From NCBI GenBank assembly GCA_030770535.1, contig JASVEC010000013.1, forward strand, positions 1-64,000: DNA of 64,000 bases, read 5' to 3'. Source of the DNA: Batkoa obscura (Eukaryota). Position numbers and translations under genes: made by a program. This document shows positions 25,167 through 35,783 of the stretch, piece by piece (the stretch's first letter is position 1; each line of letters starts with the position of its first letter). The notes beneath the pieces are model-generated. The model saw nothing but the letters and a program-made list of their open reading frames with translations. It did no database searches and was not told the DNA's origin.

Positions 25167-26228
25167 ATGAAGTGTTTACTATTAATCTTTAGTTTATTAA
25201 ATTTAGTATTGTCAAATAATAATTTAAGATTAATTAAATTAAATGAGAAAGAGGATGGGAAATGGTTAAATGAAGCCCAAGTATTTGATTTAATTAAAAA
25301 TAACATTAATTTTTTTGATATTACTGAACATCCACATCCCATTTTATATACTCCAAACCAACGCAGTAGTAAATTTTATTTTCCAACTAAAACACAACAC
25401 AACGTATTATTAAGTAATACTTTTGGTTTAATTAATCAACAATTTATGCAGACTTTCTTAACTAATTACTCCTCCTTTCATAATCGCTATTATAAGTCAA
25501 ATCATGGTTTAGATGCTTCAATTTATTTAAAGCAACAGATTTCTTTACTACCAAATAATAACAATAACCTCGTTTTAAACTATTTTAATCATAGTTGGCT
25601 CCAACCAAGTATTATTGCAAAATTACCTGCAACAAACAATGATGAAATTATTGTTGTTGGTGCTCATTTAGATTCAATTAACTCAAATAATCCAAGCAAC
25701 GGTAAAGCCCCTGGTGCCGATGATGATGGAAGTGGTGTAACTACATTATTAGAAACATTAAGACTTGTTTTAAAAAGTAATTTAAAATTTCAACGTAACA
25801 TTGAATTTCAATTTTATTCTGCAGAAGAAGTTGGGTTATTAGGTAGTCAAGACATTGCACAAAATTATAGTAAAAACAATAAAAAAGTAATTGCCATGTT
25901 ACAATTGGATATGACAGGTTATAATGAAAAGAATAAAATTCGAGTTATCAATGATTATACAAATGTGAAATTAACTCAATATTTAAAACTGATTATACAG
26001 AATTATTCTACTTACCCTTGGTTTGATGATAAATGTGGTTATGCTTGTAGTGATCATGCTTCCTTCAATCGTACTAATTACCCTTCTTGTCGTGCAGCTG
26101 AAGATGTAAAAAACTCTCGATTACACACTGAAAACGATACTACTCAGTTCCTCAATTATAATCATATGGCAGAATTTGTTAAAATTTCTTTAGGATTTAT
26201 ATTCGAATTAGCTAACCCTATTTTATAA
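25167..26228 (+). CDS. Secreted M28 leucine aminopeptidase, paralog 2
   Basis: GAHLDSIN, APGADDDGSG, YSAEEVGLLGS, QLDM, CGYACSDHASF; collinear with the 15782 gene. Confidence 0.93.
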   Translation: MKCLLLIFSLLNLVLSNNNLRLIKLNEKEDGKWLNEAQVFDLIKNNINFFDITEHPHPILYTPNQRSSKFYFPTKTQHNVLLSNTFGLINQQFMQTFLTNYSSFHNRYYKSNHGLDASIYLKQQISLLPNNNNNLVLNYFNHSWLQPSIIAKLPATNNDEIIVVGAHLDSINSNNPSNGKAPGADDDGSGVTTLLETLRLVLKSNLKFQRNIEFQFYSAEEVGLLGSQDIAQNYSKNNKKVIAMLQLDMTGYNEKNKIRVINDYTNVKLTQYLKLIIQNYSTYPWFDDKCGYACSDHASFNRTNYPSCRAAEDVKNSRLHTENDTTQFLNYNHMAEFVKISLGFIFELANPIL

Positions 26229-27334
26229 GTCTAATAAAAATCATATCAAATTTATTATTATGGTTCATTATTCTATAATTTTAATTAGATAATATTTTTT
26301 TTAGCTTCTTTTTTAAATAGAATTCAACATTTATTATTCAAAATAGTAAAATAATTAATTTTATATTTTAAAACTTTGATATAATACTACTGCATTATAA
26401 CATTATAATAAATAAAGATATTTTTTCTTTACAAAAGGACATATATATTCAACTTTAATAAGCTAAATGATTAAACTAATTGAAAATAGTATTAATAGAA
26501 AATAATACTCAAATAATTCTAAATAAGGTAAATTTTGAATTTATAACAATGGATCTTAGCGATAAAATAAATAGACATTATTTTTATAATACTTTGACAT
26601 ACAACACCTTATATATTATAAGGCAAACAACTATTGTTTAAATATAGTAATAAAATCATTTCAAATTATATTTTAGCAAGTTGAGAATAAATAAACATGA
26701 ATCATAATGAGTATTTGTAGTAAAACCATAATGAGTAAATTTGAGCTCAAGGCTCAACTTTTTTCCGATTTAACATTTATTGCAAAAAAATTAAACACAA
26801 ATATCAAGAAAGTGAGAGGTAGCTCTTCTCTGTTGAATAAAGCAGAATTTTTATTAGTATTTTAAACTACTTCGAATGTATATAAATTAATGAAAAAAAA
26901 GTATTTTTTTTAATTTTTTACTCAGTCTTTGAAATTTCACGAGTCAAAACCTCAAATTTATAAAAATATTTCAAATTTTAACTTGCCTTTAAACTCACCA
27001 ATTTTATAAAAATAAGCCAATAACCTCAATAGCTTTATGTGTATGTAATACATTCTAGTTTAATCAAATAAGTCACAAAAAAAGGGTCTAAAATTATTTG
27101 TTTACTAAAACCAAATTTAATTAAAATAATGCCTATTTAAAATCCCTATTATCATTATATTATGAAATCAATACCCGCTTAATATATCGTTTAAAGTTAA
27201 TAGAAATGCGATGTTTTCAAAAAATAATAGATATGACCTAACTTCTTATCTTAAGAATAAATTATGAGTTACTAGTTGCTAGTATTTAAACAAAGGTAAT
27301 ACTCATCTAATTTTATTTTTTAAACTTTTATAAA

Positions 27335-28650
27335 ATGGATAAAGACAAATTTGATATCGAGATACCAAACATAGAAAACAAAGAAAAGGGAAGCAGTTTT
27401 GGTGCCTATTTCAATATTGTGTGTGCTGTAGCTGGTACTGGTACTTTAGGTTTACCATATGCTATTAGAATTGGTGGTTGGTTAAGTATGCTAATTTTTT
27501 TACTGGTTGGGGTCCTTGCTATTTACACCTCAAAATTATTAATTGAATGTCTTTATTATAAACCGTAAGTAATTCTGTTTCAGTTTTTAGTGTTATACTA
27601 ATTATATTTATTAGGGGGCATAGGTTAGATCACTTCGCTGATATAGGACAAGTATCTTTTGGGAAATTTGGCAGATACTTCATATTATTATTTAACTCTT
27701 TAATATTACTTTTATGCTCTTCCATCTATATTCTACTCACTGGTATTAATGTACGTACATTGGTTACACAATTTCATGGAGAACAAGTTTTGTCTGATCA
27801 ATTGTATATATTAATATGCGGAATAGGAATTATAATTCCCTGTATATTCTGCAAAACATTAAAAGAAGTCGCGCTATTAGCCTTATTTGGGACATTAGCG
27901 ACTGTTGTCTTAGTTATTTGCGTAATTATTTTAGGCGGTATACAGTATTCTCATCCTGATTTTACTCCATCTGAGCATACTTTATTTGATTTATCTGGAT
28001 TTCCAATAGCTTTAGTAACGATTACTTTTTCATACGGTGGCAATGTTGTATATCCACAAGTTGAGGCTACTATGCACAATCCAAAAGCATGGAACAAAGT
28101 GATGGTCTTATCAGTATTAACGATTACATTGTTATACTCCCTTATTTCAGGTATAAGCTACTTTTATTATGGAAATTCGGTTACTTCCCCTATCTTGAAC
28201 TCATTGCCTCCAGTAGCTGGTACTCAAGTATGTTATATAATGATAACTATGCATGTCATATTAGCTACCCCAATCTATATGTGTACTTTTTGCTATGAGC
28301 AAGAGATGGCATTAAAAATCGATACAAAGTATATGAGCAAAGAGAAGGAATTAGTTTATAGGGCTATTTTACGTAGTTTTGTAGGAACTATACTGATCTT
28401 AATTGCTATGTATATACCTTTTTTTGAGGATCTCACTGCTTTAGTAGGCTCAGTTACTGATTGTGTTATTATCTATCTTGTGCCTTTAGCATGTCACTAT
28501 AAACTGTTTGGCTGGCGCGGTAGAAAATGGTATGAATATATATTAAGTGTATTAACCGTAATAGTTGGTCTAACTGGATTAATACTTGGCACTAAAGATG
28601 CTGTGTTAAATTTAATTGATGATTTTCAAGGCATAAAAATAAATAAATAA
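27335..28650 (+). CDS. AVT1-like amino acid transporter, paralog 2, 2 exons
   Basis: GAYFNIVCAVAGTGTLGLPYA, FSYGGNVVYPQVE; same intron position (gt at 27565). Confidence 0.92.
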
Positions 28651-28689
28651 AGATAAAGTTAACTACTGTTTATTATTAATTATTATTAT

Positions 28690-30024
28690 CTATTTGTTTC
28701 CTTGAAAAGCTTTTATAAGGTTTGAAACTGCATCGATTGACCCTAACACCAACCCTAAAGCTCCTACAATAATACATAGCGGCGCCAGAATATAGTCATA
28801 GAATGGTCGTTTTTTAAACCCAAACAGTTTAAAATGACATATAACTGGAATTAAAAATATAATTAAGCAATTAGACACTGCACCAATTAAAGCCATGAGA
28901 TCATTGAAATATGGAACATACATTGCTATAACTGTTAAGATAATACCAAAAAAGGAGCGCAAAAGGACACGATATACAAATTCTTTTTTGGGAGACATAA
29001 ATTCAGTATCAATTTTCAGCCACCTTTCTTGCTCTAAGCAAAATGAGCACAAATAAATAGGAGATGCTAAAATTACATGAATTGTAATAAGAATAGAAGC
29101 TACTAACGCACCAGGCCCTTTTTGCAAAGAATCGAGCACTGGAGACTTTACATTTTCACCATAAAAGACATATCCAGAAATAGCGACCACAATATACATA
29201 CATGTTATTGACAAAATGGCCAATCCCATAACTTTATTCCATGCTTTTGGGTTACGCATAGTAGCCTCTACATGAGGATATACAACATTACCGCCGTATG
29301 AAAAAGCAATAGTAGCAAGAGCGATTGGTAATCCTGACTAATTTACAACTTGTAAATCGGGTCTTACATAGTTTGGATCATAATACTGCATAGCGCCTAA
29401 AATGACTACACATAGTACCACTACTAATGTTGCTACTGCACCGAATGCTGCTAATACCGCGATTTCCTTTAAAGTTTTTAAGCATGCGGTAGGAATAATA
29501 ATGATAACTCCACTTATCAATATCCACAATTTCAAAGAAATAAGCTCGTCACCATAATAGTTTGCCAGAAATGAATGTAAGTTTAAACCAGTAAGTAATA
29601 TATAAATACAGGTACTTGATAATGAAATTATGTAATGGAATATTTTAACGAAATATCTCCCGAATTTTCCAAAAGCAGCTTCACCAATATCCGGATATTC
29701 TTCAAGTCTTATACCACTAATAAAAATATTAGTAGACAGTTTCAAATGTTAAAATTCTACTCACGGTTTGCAGTATAGACATTCAATTAATAATTTTGAA
29801 GTATAAACAGCGAGACATGCAGCTATTACAAATAAAACCAATGTAATGTGGCCACCTAACGACATAGCATATGGTAATCCTAAAGTCCCAGTACCAGCAA
29901 CAACACACACAATATTGAAATATGCCCCATAACTAGACCCAGTGCCTTTACGAGGAACTTTACTATCGTTGTTATCGTGGGCATTTGAAAACCCTTCTAC
30001 AAATTCACCGCCGCTCGCAGTCAT
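28690..30024 (-). pseudogene. AVT1-like amino acid transporter, paralog 3, with one in-frame TAG (29338-29340)
   Basis: Reads QVVN*SGLPIALATIAFSYGGN where paralog 1 has KVVEWSGLPLAMATIAFSYSGN; frame otherwise intact. Confidence 0.75.
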
Positions 30025-30624
30025 TTCCCTTTATTAAGTAATTAAATTTGTTGAAATATAAAATGTTTACTTAATCACTCAGGCTATTTATACTATTCTT
30101 ATTTAATTATCTTCTAACCACTAATCTACTTTATTTCTAAAAAAAATCTCGGTGTACTCTGAATCCCATCTAATCTATCAATTAATATTCCATCTATAGT
30201 AATTCTCTTATTTCTATAAAGAATATTCGTAATGCAGGTATAAAAAGATCCCAATTTTAAAGTTAAATAAGCCAATTAATCCACATTAATATACTCTATA
30301 AGTTAATTTTATTGGAAAAATTGGAATTATTTAAATGATAAGAATTTTAGCTGTTTAAACAAGTCAAAAACCACAATTCATTAAGATAAATATTAGTTTA
30401 TTATAAAACATTAGTCACGTTTATAATATTCTTTGGCTTAATGTTTGAATACTATGCTGAGCTTTATTATAAGCTCCTGTAGTTTTTCAGGTTAAAAAAA
30501 ATAGTTAAATCACTGGTTGTAATGATCCTTTTTAATTAGTTAGCTGTCATTTTTTTGAGTAGTATTTACATATTTTCAACCTTTCACGATTATAGAAAGA
30601 AAAAAAATTAACCAAAATGTATAG

Positions 30625-30699
30625 GTAGGTAGTTTTATACTGGAGTTTTTTATTTGACTTTTAAAACCCCATAAAAAACTTCAGTATAAAACTACTTAC
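30625..30699. repeat. Hairpin/inverted repeat with 29-bp arms (possible mini-MITE)
   Basis: GTAGGTAGTTTTATACTGGAGTTTTTTAT vs ATAAAAAACTTCAGTATAAAACTACTTAC, 2 mismatches. Confidence 0.7.
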
Positions 30700-30808
30700 A
30701 TATATTAAATATCCTACCTGTTGCATTAAAGTACCTTTACTGTAAGTTCGTCCAAAATAAACTACAGAAGCTTTTAAAAAATCCCATTATATTTAAAAAT
30801 TAAGATAT

Positions 30809-30906
30809 GGGGATATATTTTTTTGTTTAAGAATTTTACTACTAATTTTTCCGCTCAAATAGCGCTTAAAAGATGGAAAAGTGATGAAGCCAAAAAAAAC
30901 ACCCCT
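30809..30906 (+). mobile_element. MITE family A copy
   Basis: Consensus match; ATAT/ATAA flanks. Confidence 0.87.
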
Positions 30907-31025
30907 ATAATTTGTTAATAAATATTTTATGTTTACAATATTTTATATTTATGGATCATAGTGTATTTTAATTATACAAACTAAAATTTATTAATTATCA
31001 GCTTTATCCAAGATTATAATGGTAT

Positions 31026-31485
31026 TGTGGAAGTTGGTACTCAGTGGTAGGAGTTAAAAGCAGTTCTTGCTCGATTAACTTGCCTTGAGTCGAAAGGTCT
31101 TAGTTTATATAACTAAGATAGACTTAAATGAATAAGATTAATACATAATGAGTTACAAATTATGTAAAACAAATAGAATAGAAGATACTACTGTAAAATC
31201 TACGTAAGATGTTGTCAGAAAGACTTAGTGGCTTTATTAATGGTACGATATCAGGGAGTAATTCAGTTAAAAAGCCTCGAGTTAGTATGTTGAAGAATCT
31301 CTTTTATACTCTTTGCAATATGGAGTTAGAAATCCTCACAACAAATCAAAACAAGGAACTCTGGATTGATTATACCACATGGTTCACGGTTAAATTGATT
31401 ACAAGACTACAACTAGTTTTGTAAACAAGTTCAATGATTATTATATTATAATTAATCCGAGAGTTAAATAAAGCGATACTTCACA
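31026..31485 (-). mobile_element. Solo LTR-like element, copy 2 (460 bp, inverted)
   Basis: Reverse complement of 31615-32110 with a ~37-bp deletion; TGTGG...TTCACA ends; flanks GTAT / CTTA. Confidence 0.85.
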
Positions 31486-31614
31486 CTTATATTTTTATAA
31501 AACTTAGTGTTTAAAATTCAATTGTTTTATGTTAATTATGAAAAGCTGAAAATTAAAAAAAGCGTAATAACCTATTAAAAAAATATATAAAAAATAAAAT
31601 ATAATTATTTATAC

Positions 31615-32110
31615 TGTGAAATATTGGTTTATTAGCTCTCGGATTAATTATAATATAATAATCATTTAGCTTGTCTACAAAACTAGTGGTAGTCTTGTAA
31701 TTAATCTAACCGTGATCCACGTGGTATAATCAATTCAAAGTTCCTTATTTTGATTTGCTGCGAGGATTTCTAACTTCACATTGCAAAGGATATTATCTTC
31801 TCATTTTAATATCCATACTTGTTGGAGTATAAAAGAGATTCTTCAACATACTAACTCGAGGCTTTTTAACTGAATTACTCCCTGATATCGTACCATTAAT
31901 AAAGCCACTAAGTCTTTCTGACAACATCTTACGTAGATTTTACAGTAGTATCTTCTATTCTATTTGTTTTACATAATTTGTAACTCATTATGTATTAATC
32001 TTATTCATTTAAGTCTATCTTAGTTATATAAACTAAGACCTTTCGACTCAAGGCAAGTTAATCGAGCAAGAACTGCTTTTAACTCCTACCACTGAGTACC
32101 AACTTTCACA
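31615..32110 (+). mobile_element. Solo LTR-like element, copy 3 (496 bp)
   Basis: TGTGAAA...TTTCACA; flanks ATAC / TAAG; no PBS or internal coding region adjacent. Confidence 0.85.
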
Positions 32111-32488
32111 TAAGCTATAAAATTAGCTTTTGTAGTTTGTATTACTTTATTAAATTATTTAAAACTATTAAAAGTTTAGGTTGATTTTAAAATTTAAGTT
32201 GATTTTAAAGTTTTTCTGTTTAAACTAATTTATCATTATTTTGCCTTTTATACTATGTATCAAAACAATTCTCATCCAGAGTAGTACTGGTTTTAGTATT
32301 TTTGATTTTATTTGTAGTATTTGATTATCAGAAAGGTTATTATCTAAAGTGCAGTACTAGGCCATTTCACAATAAAAAGATTTTGATAAATTAGTATTGA
32401 TAAAAACAAAGCAAAGTATTTGTATTTATATTTATATACTGATCATACAAAAGTTGGAACATTTGTAATTTTTATTAAAAGAACATAT

Positions 32489-32587
32489 GGGGATGTATTT
32501 TTTTGTTTAAGAATTTTACTGATAGCTTTTCCACTCAAGTAGTGCTTAAAAGATGGAAAAAGTAATGAAACCAAAAAGAACACCCCC
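32489..32587 (+). mobile_element. MITE family A copy
   Basis: ATAT-GGGG...CCCC-ATAT. Confidence 0.9.
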
Positions 32588-33747
32588 ATATTTAAATCAA
32601 TTTTTGAGGATTTATTGCAATATCTACACAAATTTATCGGATCATTACTCAAGCTATGTATTCTTATTTAAAGATGCCAAGTAAATTTTTATTAACAAAT
32701 TCTTATTGTGTCTATGAGATAATAAAATGAAATTTTTTCTATTTTGATTAGGTATATAACAAATAATAGCATTTGGAATATAATAAAGTTGAAATATAAG
32801 TTATATAATAATACTAACATAGGAAAGCTTTATATACACTAAATTTTATTGACAACCATATCTATTATAAATTATATAACTGCATGTGTATATTAGAAAA
32901 TACAAGCATTTGAAAGAATCATTACTACTATTAAACTCATAATTTACTATTAAAATAAAAGCGATATTGTGTTCCATTTTAATCAACGATTCAATCTAGA
33001 CTAGGTACTATGATTTTAAATTAAAGAATAAAAACGAAGGACCCAAATATGTGAATTAAAGCTATTAATCACCTCAGACTAGGCGACTTCAATTGAATAA
33101 ATATATTAAAGGTTACTTAAATTTCTATAAATTTCGTAAGATTGTACAAAGCAGGCTATATGATATATTATCAAAATTTGTGAGCGTAATTTCAAAAAAA
33201 TACATCCCTAGATAAACTGTTACACTAACAATAGGTTTCAAGTTAAATACTAACTTAATAAAGTTATGGTTGAGTTCATTTGAGCTAAGATTTCTAAAAA
33301 AGCATATTTTAGTAGTAACTGCTACTATCAGTTCCTCAGTCATGACCCTGCTTTGAACCTTAGCGTGCTCAGTTTAGCCTAGTTGCTATCTGTTTCAAAT
33401 ATTTCAAAACTTAATGATTAGGAAAGTAGTACATATTATTTTTACTTGGGATCACAAATTTAAAACTTTATTGGGAACATAAAGTTTGTAAGAATTATAG
33501 TTATAATAAATAAAATTTCGCCGGATAACTTTGTACATTTTCAAAACCGCGCCCTTGTATTTTCAAGTGGTAATATTATTTTATCAACTTATTTTTTGAA
33601 CCCTTACCTTCACAAAAAAACACAATTTCTTTTTATTTTTAAATATATAAAGCTATTGTAGCTCTTTTGCGACTCTCTTGGCGGTTTTTTTGTAGACTAT
33701 TTGTACAGGCGATTTTTTCAAATTTAACTTTATATTGAATTGTATAT

Positions 33748-33845
33748 AGAAATGTATTTTTTTGTTTAAGAATTTTACTAACAATCTTTCCATTCAAATA
33801 GCACTTAAGAAATGGAAAAAGTGATGAAACCAAAAAAACACCTCC
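33748..33845 (+). mobile_element. MITE family A copy
   Basis: Consensus match, ATAT TSD. Confidence 0.87.
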
Positions 33846-34496
33846 ATATAGTTGCCTTTTTGTATGATAATTTAACAAATAATTTTTTGAAGTTTAATCT
33901 ATTTAAAAAATGCACAAAAAGCTTTTAAAAATATTCTCAGATAATTTTATTGTTTGTAGTTTATATTAGCTAAAAACCAATTTATATAGTGCAATATCGA
34001 CAGGCTGTTATTAATTCATAACTTTTGTAACTAAATCTTAATAAATCTTTATTTTATTTTATTTTATTTTATTTTATTATTATTTGCATTCTAAAATACT
34101 TATTAATTAAGCCAGATTAAATGACAGCACAATAAACATATAAGCTTTGGAGCGTAAATAAATATCCAAACTCAAGTTGACTATTGTAAAGCATCAAATA
34201 GTTTCATAAACGATCAATATAGATTAAAAAAATAAACTAATCATATAATTTCTTACCCAATGACTTTATTTTTTAAATTTAATTATGAAGACTTCTCCAA
34301 CTTAGACTTAACTGCCTTTTAGTGTTTTTTAAGCTCAAGAGTGAGTCTAGTGATGGTGGCTTTTAATATTACAATCTAGAAGTCCTAAAGTAATAAAAGG
34401 ATCAAGAATTTTCATAAAGAGTCATGTTTCGTTAGAACTAAATAAAATAGACTAAACAACTCAATTATTTATTAAGCAAATGAAGTAATTATATTA

Positions 34497-35783
34497 CTAA
34501 TTATAGTAAGGGGAAGTGGTAGCAGCATACCCACTATCAGTAGAAGCTTCATAACCACCAGTTGGGTAAATTGTAGTGGTTAAAGTAGATACTGTATTAT
34601 AACTATCAGTAGTAAGTGAGTATGTTACAGTAGGAGTAACAGTGTGATATTCTCCATTATTATTAGTAGTGGTAATGCATGGTAATGTGGTTGCAGAAGG
34701 AACGGTATAGCTATCATGAATATTGGTGATAGTAATTGTTTCTCCGTAAGAATCAGTAGTGGTAGAGCATGAAGTAGTACTTGAGCTATCAGCATATGAG
34801 GAACTAGTTGTATATTGACCGGTTTCATATCCAGTTGAGGTTGGAATGTTATATGATGGAGTGCTGGTAGAATAAACTGGAATAGATGACGAGGCAGTGT
34901 AAGTTGGGACTACAGAGTCAGTGGTACATGGAGTACTAGCACTAGTGGTGTATGTTGGAACTACAGAATCAGTAGTACATGGGGTACTGGTAGAATAGGT
35001 CGGAATGGATGATGAGGTAGTATAAGTTGGAACTACAGAGTCAGTAGTACATGAGGTACTAGTAGAATAGGTCGGGATGGATGATGAGGTGGTATAAGTT
35101 GGAACTACAGAGTCAGTGGTGCATGGAGTAGTAGTGCTAGTGGTATATGTTGGAACTACAGAATCAGTAGTGCATGGGGTACTGGTAGAATAGGTCGGAA
35201 TGGATGATGAGGTAGTATAAGTTGGAACTATAGAGTCGGTAGTGCATGGAGTAGTGGTACTAGTGGTGTAAGTGGGAACTATAGAGTCAGTAGTGCATGG
35301 AGTACTAGTAGAATAAACCGGGACAGATGATGAAGTAGTAGTATAAGTTGGAACTACGGAATCGGTAGTACATGGAGTAGTAGTACTAGCGGTATAGGTT
35401 GGAACTACAACATTGGTAGTAGGACTAACTGGGGCACATCTTGAAAAGACTTTAGTATATACTCGACATTTATGGATTCTTTTATCATTGTCAACTCTTA
35501 TTTCATCATGGAAGGCAATAAGTTTATGCTCACGATGATGTTTTTCGGCATGGTGATAAACAGTGTTAGTGTGGTATTCAGTAACATGATGAGTTTTTGT
35601 ATAATGATGAACACTCGTGACAGGTGCATTTGTTGAATGTTGCGATGGCAAAGCAGTAATTGACGAAGCAGTAATTGACGAAGCGGTATCGTATGGGGCA
35701 GTGACAGCATAGTGAGCGTTTAGATCATTCACTAAAGCTAAAGTAAGCAAAGTTTGGACAGATAGATTATTAAAACTGAGCAT
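34497..35783 (-). CDS. Secreted Ser/Thr-rich tandem-repeat protein (mucin/adhesin-like) with His-rich segment
   Basis: Signal-like N-terminus, HHYTKTHH/HHAEKHHREH, 8 CTTDS(V/I)VPTYT repeats, TATA-like upstream sequence. Confidence 0.8.
   Translation of the reverse strand: MLSFNNLSVQTLLTLALVNDLNAHYAVTAPYDTASSITASSITALPSQHSTNAPVTSVHHYTKTHHVTEYHTNTVYHHAEKHHREHKLIAFHDEIRVDNDKRIHKCRVYTKVFSRCAPVSPTTNVVVPTYTASTTTPCTTDSVVPTYTTTSSSVPVYSTSTPCTTDSIVPTYTTSTTTPCTTDSIVPTYTTSSSIPTYSTSTPCTTDSVVPTYTTSTTTPCTTDSVVPTYTTSSSIPTYSTSTSCTTDSVVPTYTTSSSIPTYSTSTPCTTDSVVPTYTTSASTPCTTDSVVPTYTASSSIPVYSTSTPSYNIPTSTGYETGQYTTSSSYADSSSTTSCSTTTDSYGETITITNIHDSYTVPSATTLPCITTTNNNGEYHTVTPTVTYSLTTDSYNTVSTLTTTIYPTGGYEASTDSGYAATTSPYYN

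Noticed and set aside
22224..25342. Minus-strand ORFs 22224, 23838 (ICICIC) and 24983
   Set aside because: Antisense products of the C2 protein repeats and the M28 gene
31209..31424. 71-aa ORF within LTR copy 2
   Set aside because: Non-ATG start, inside an LTR, spans a copy-specific deletion
33125..33343. VYLGM motif suggestive of a non-LTR reverse transcriptase relic
   Set aside because: Only a three-residue motif; no YADD or other RT motifs recognised
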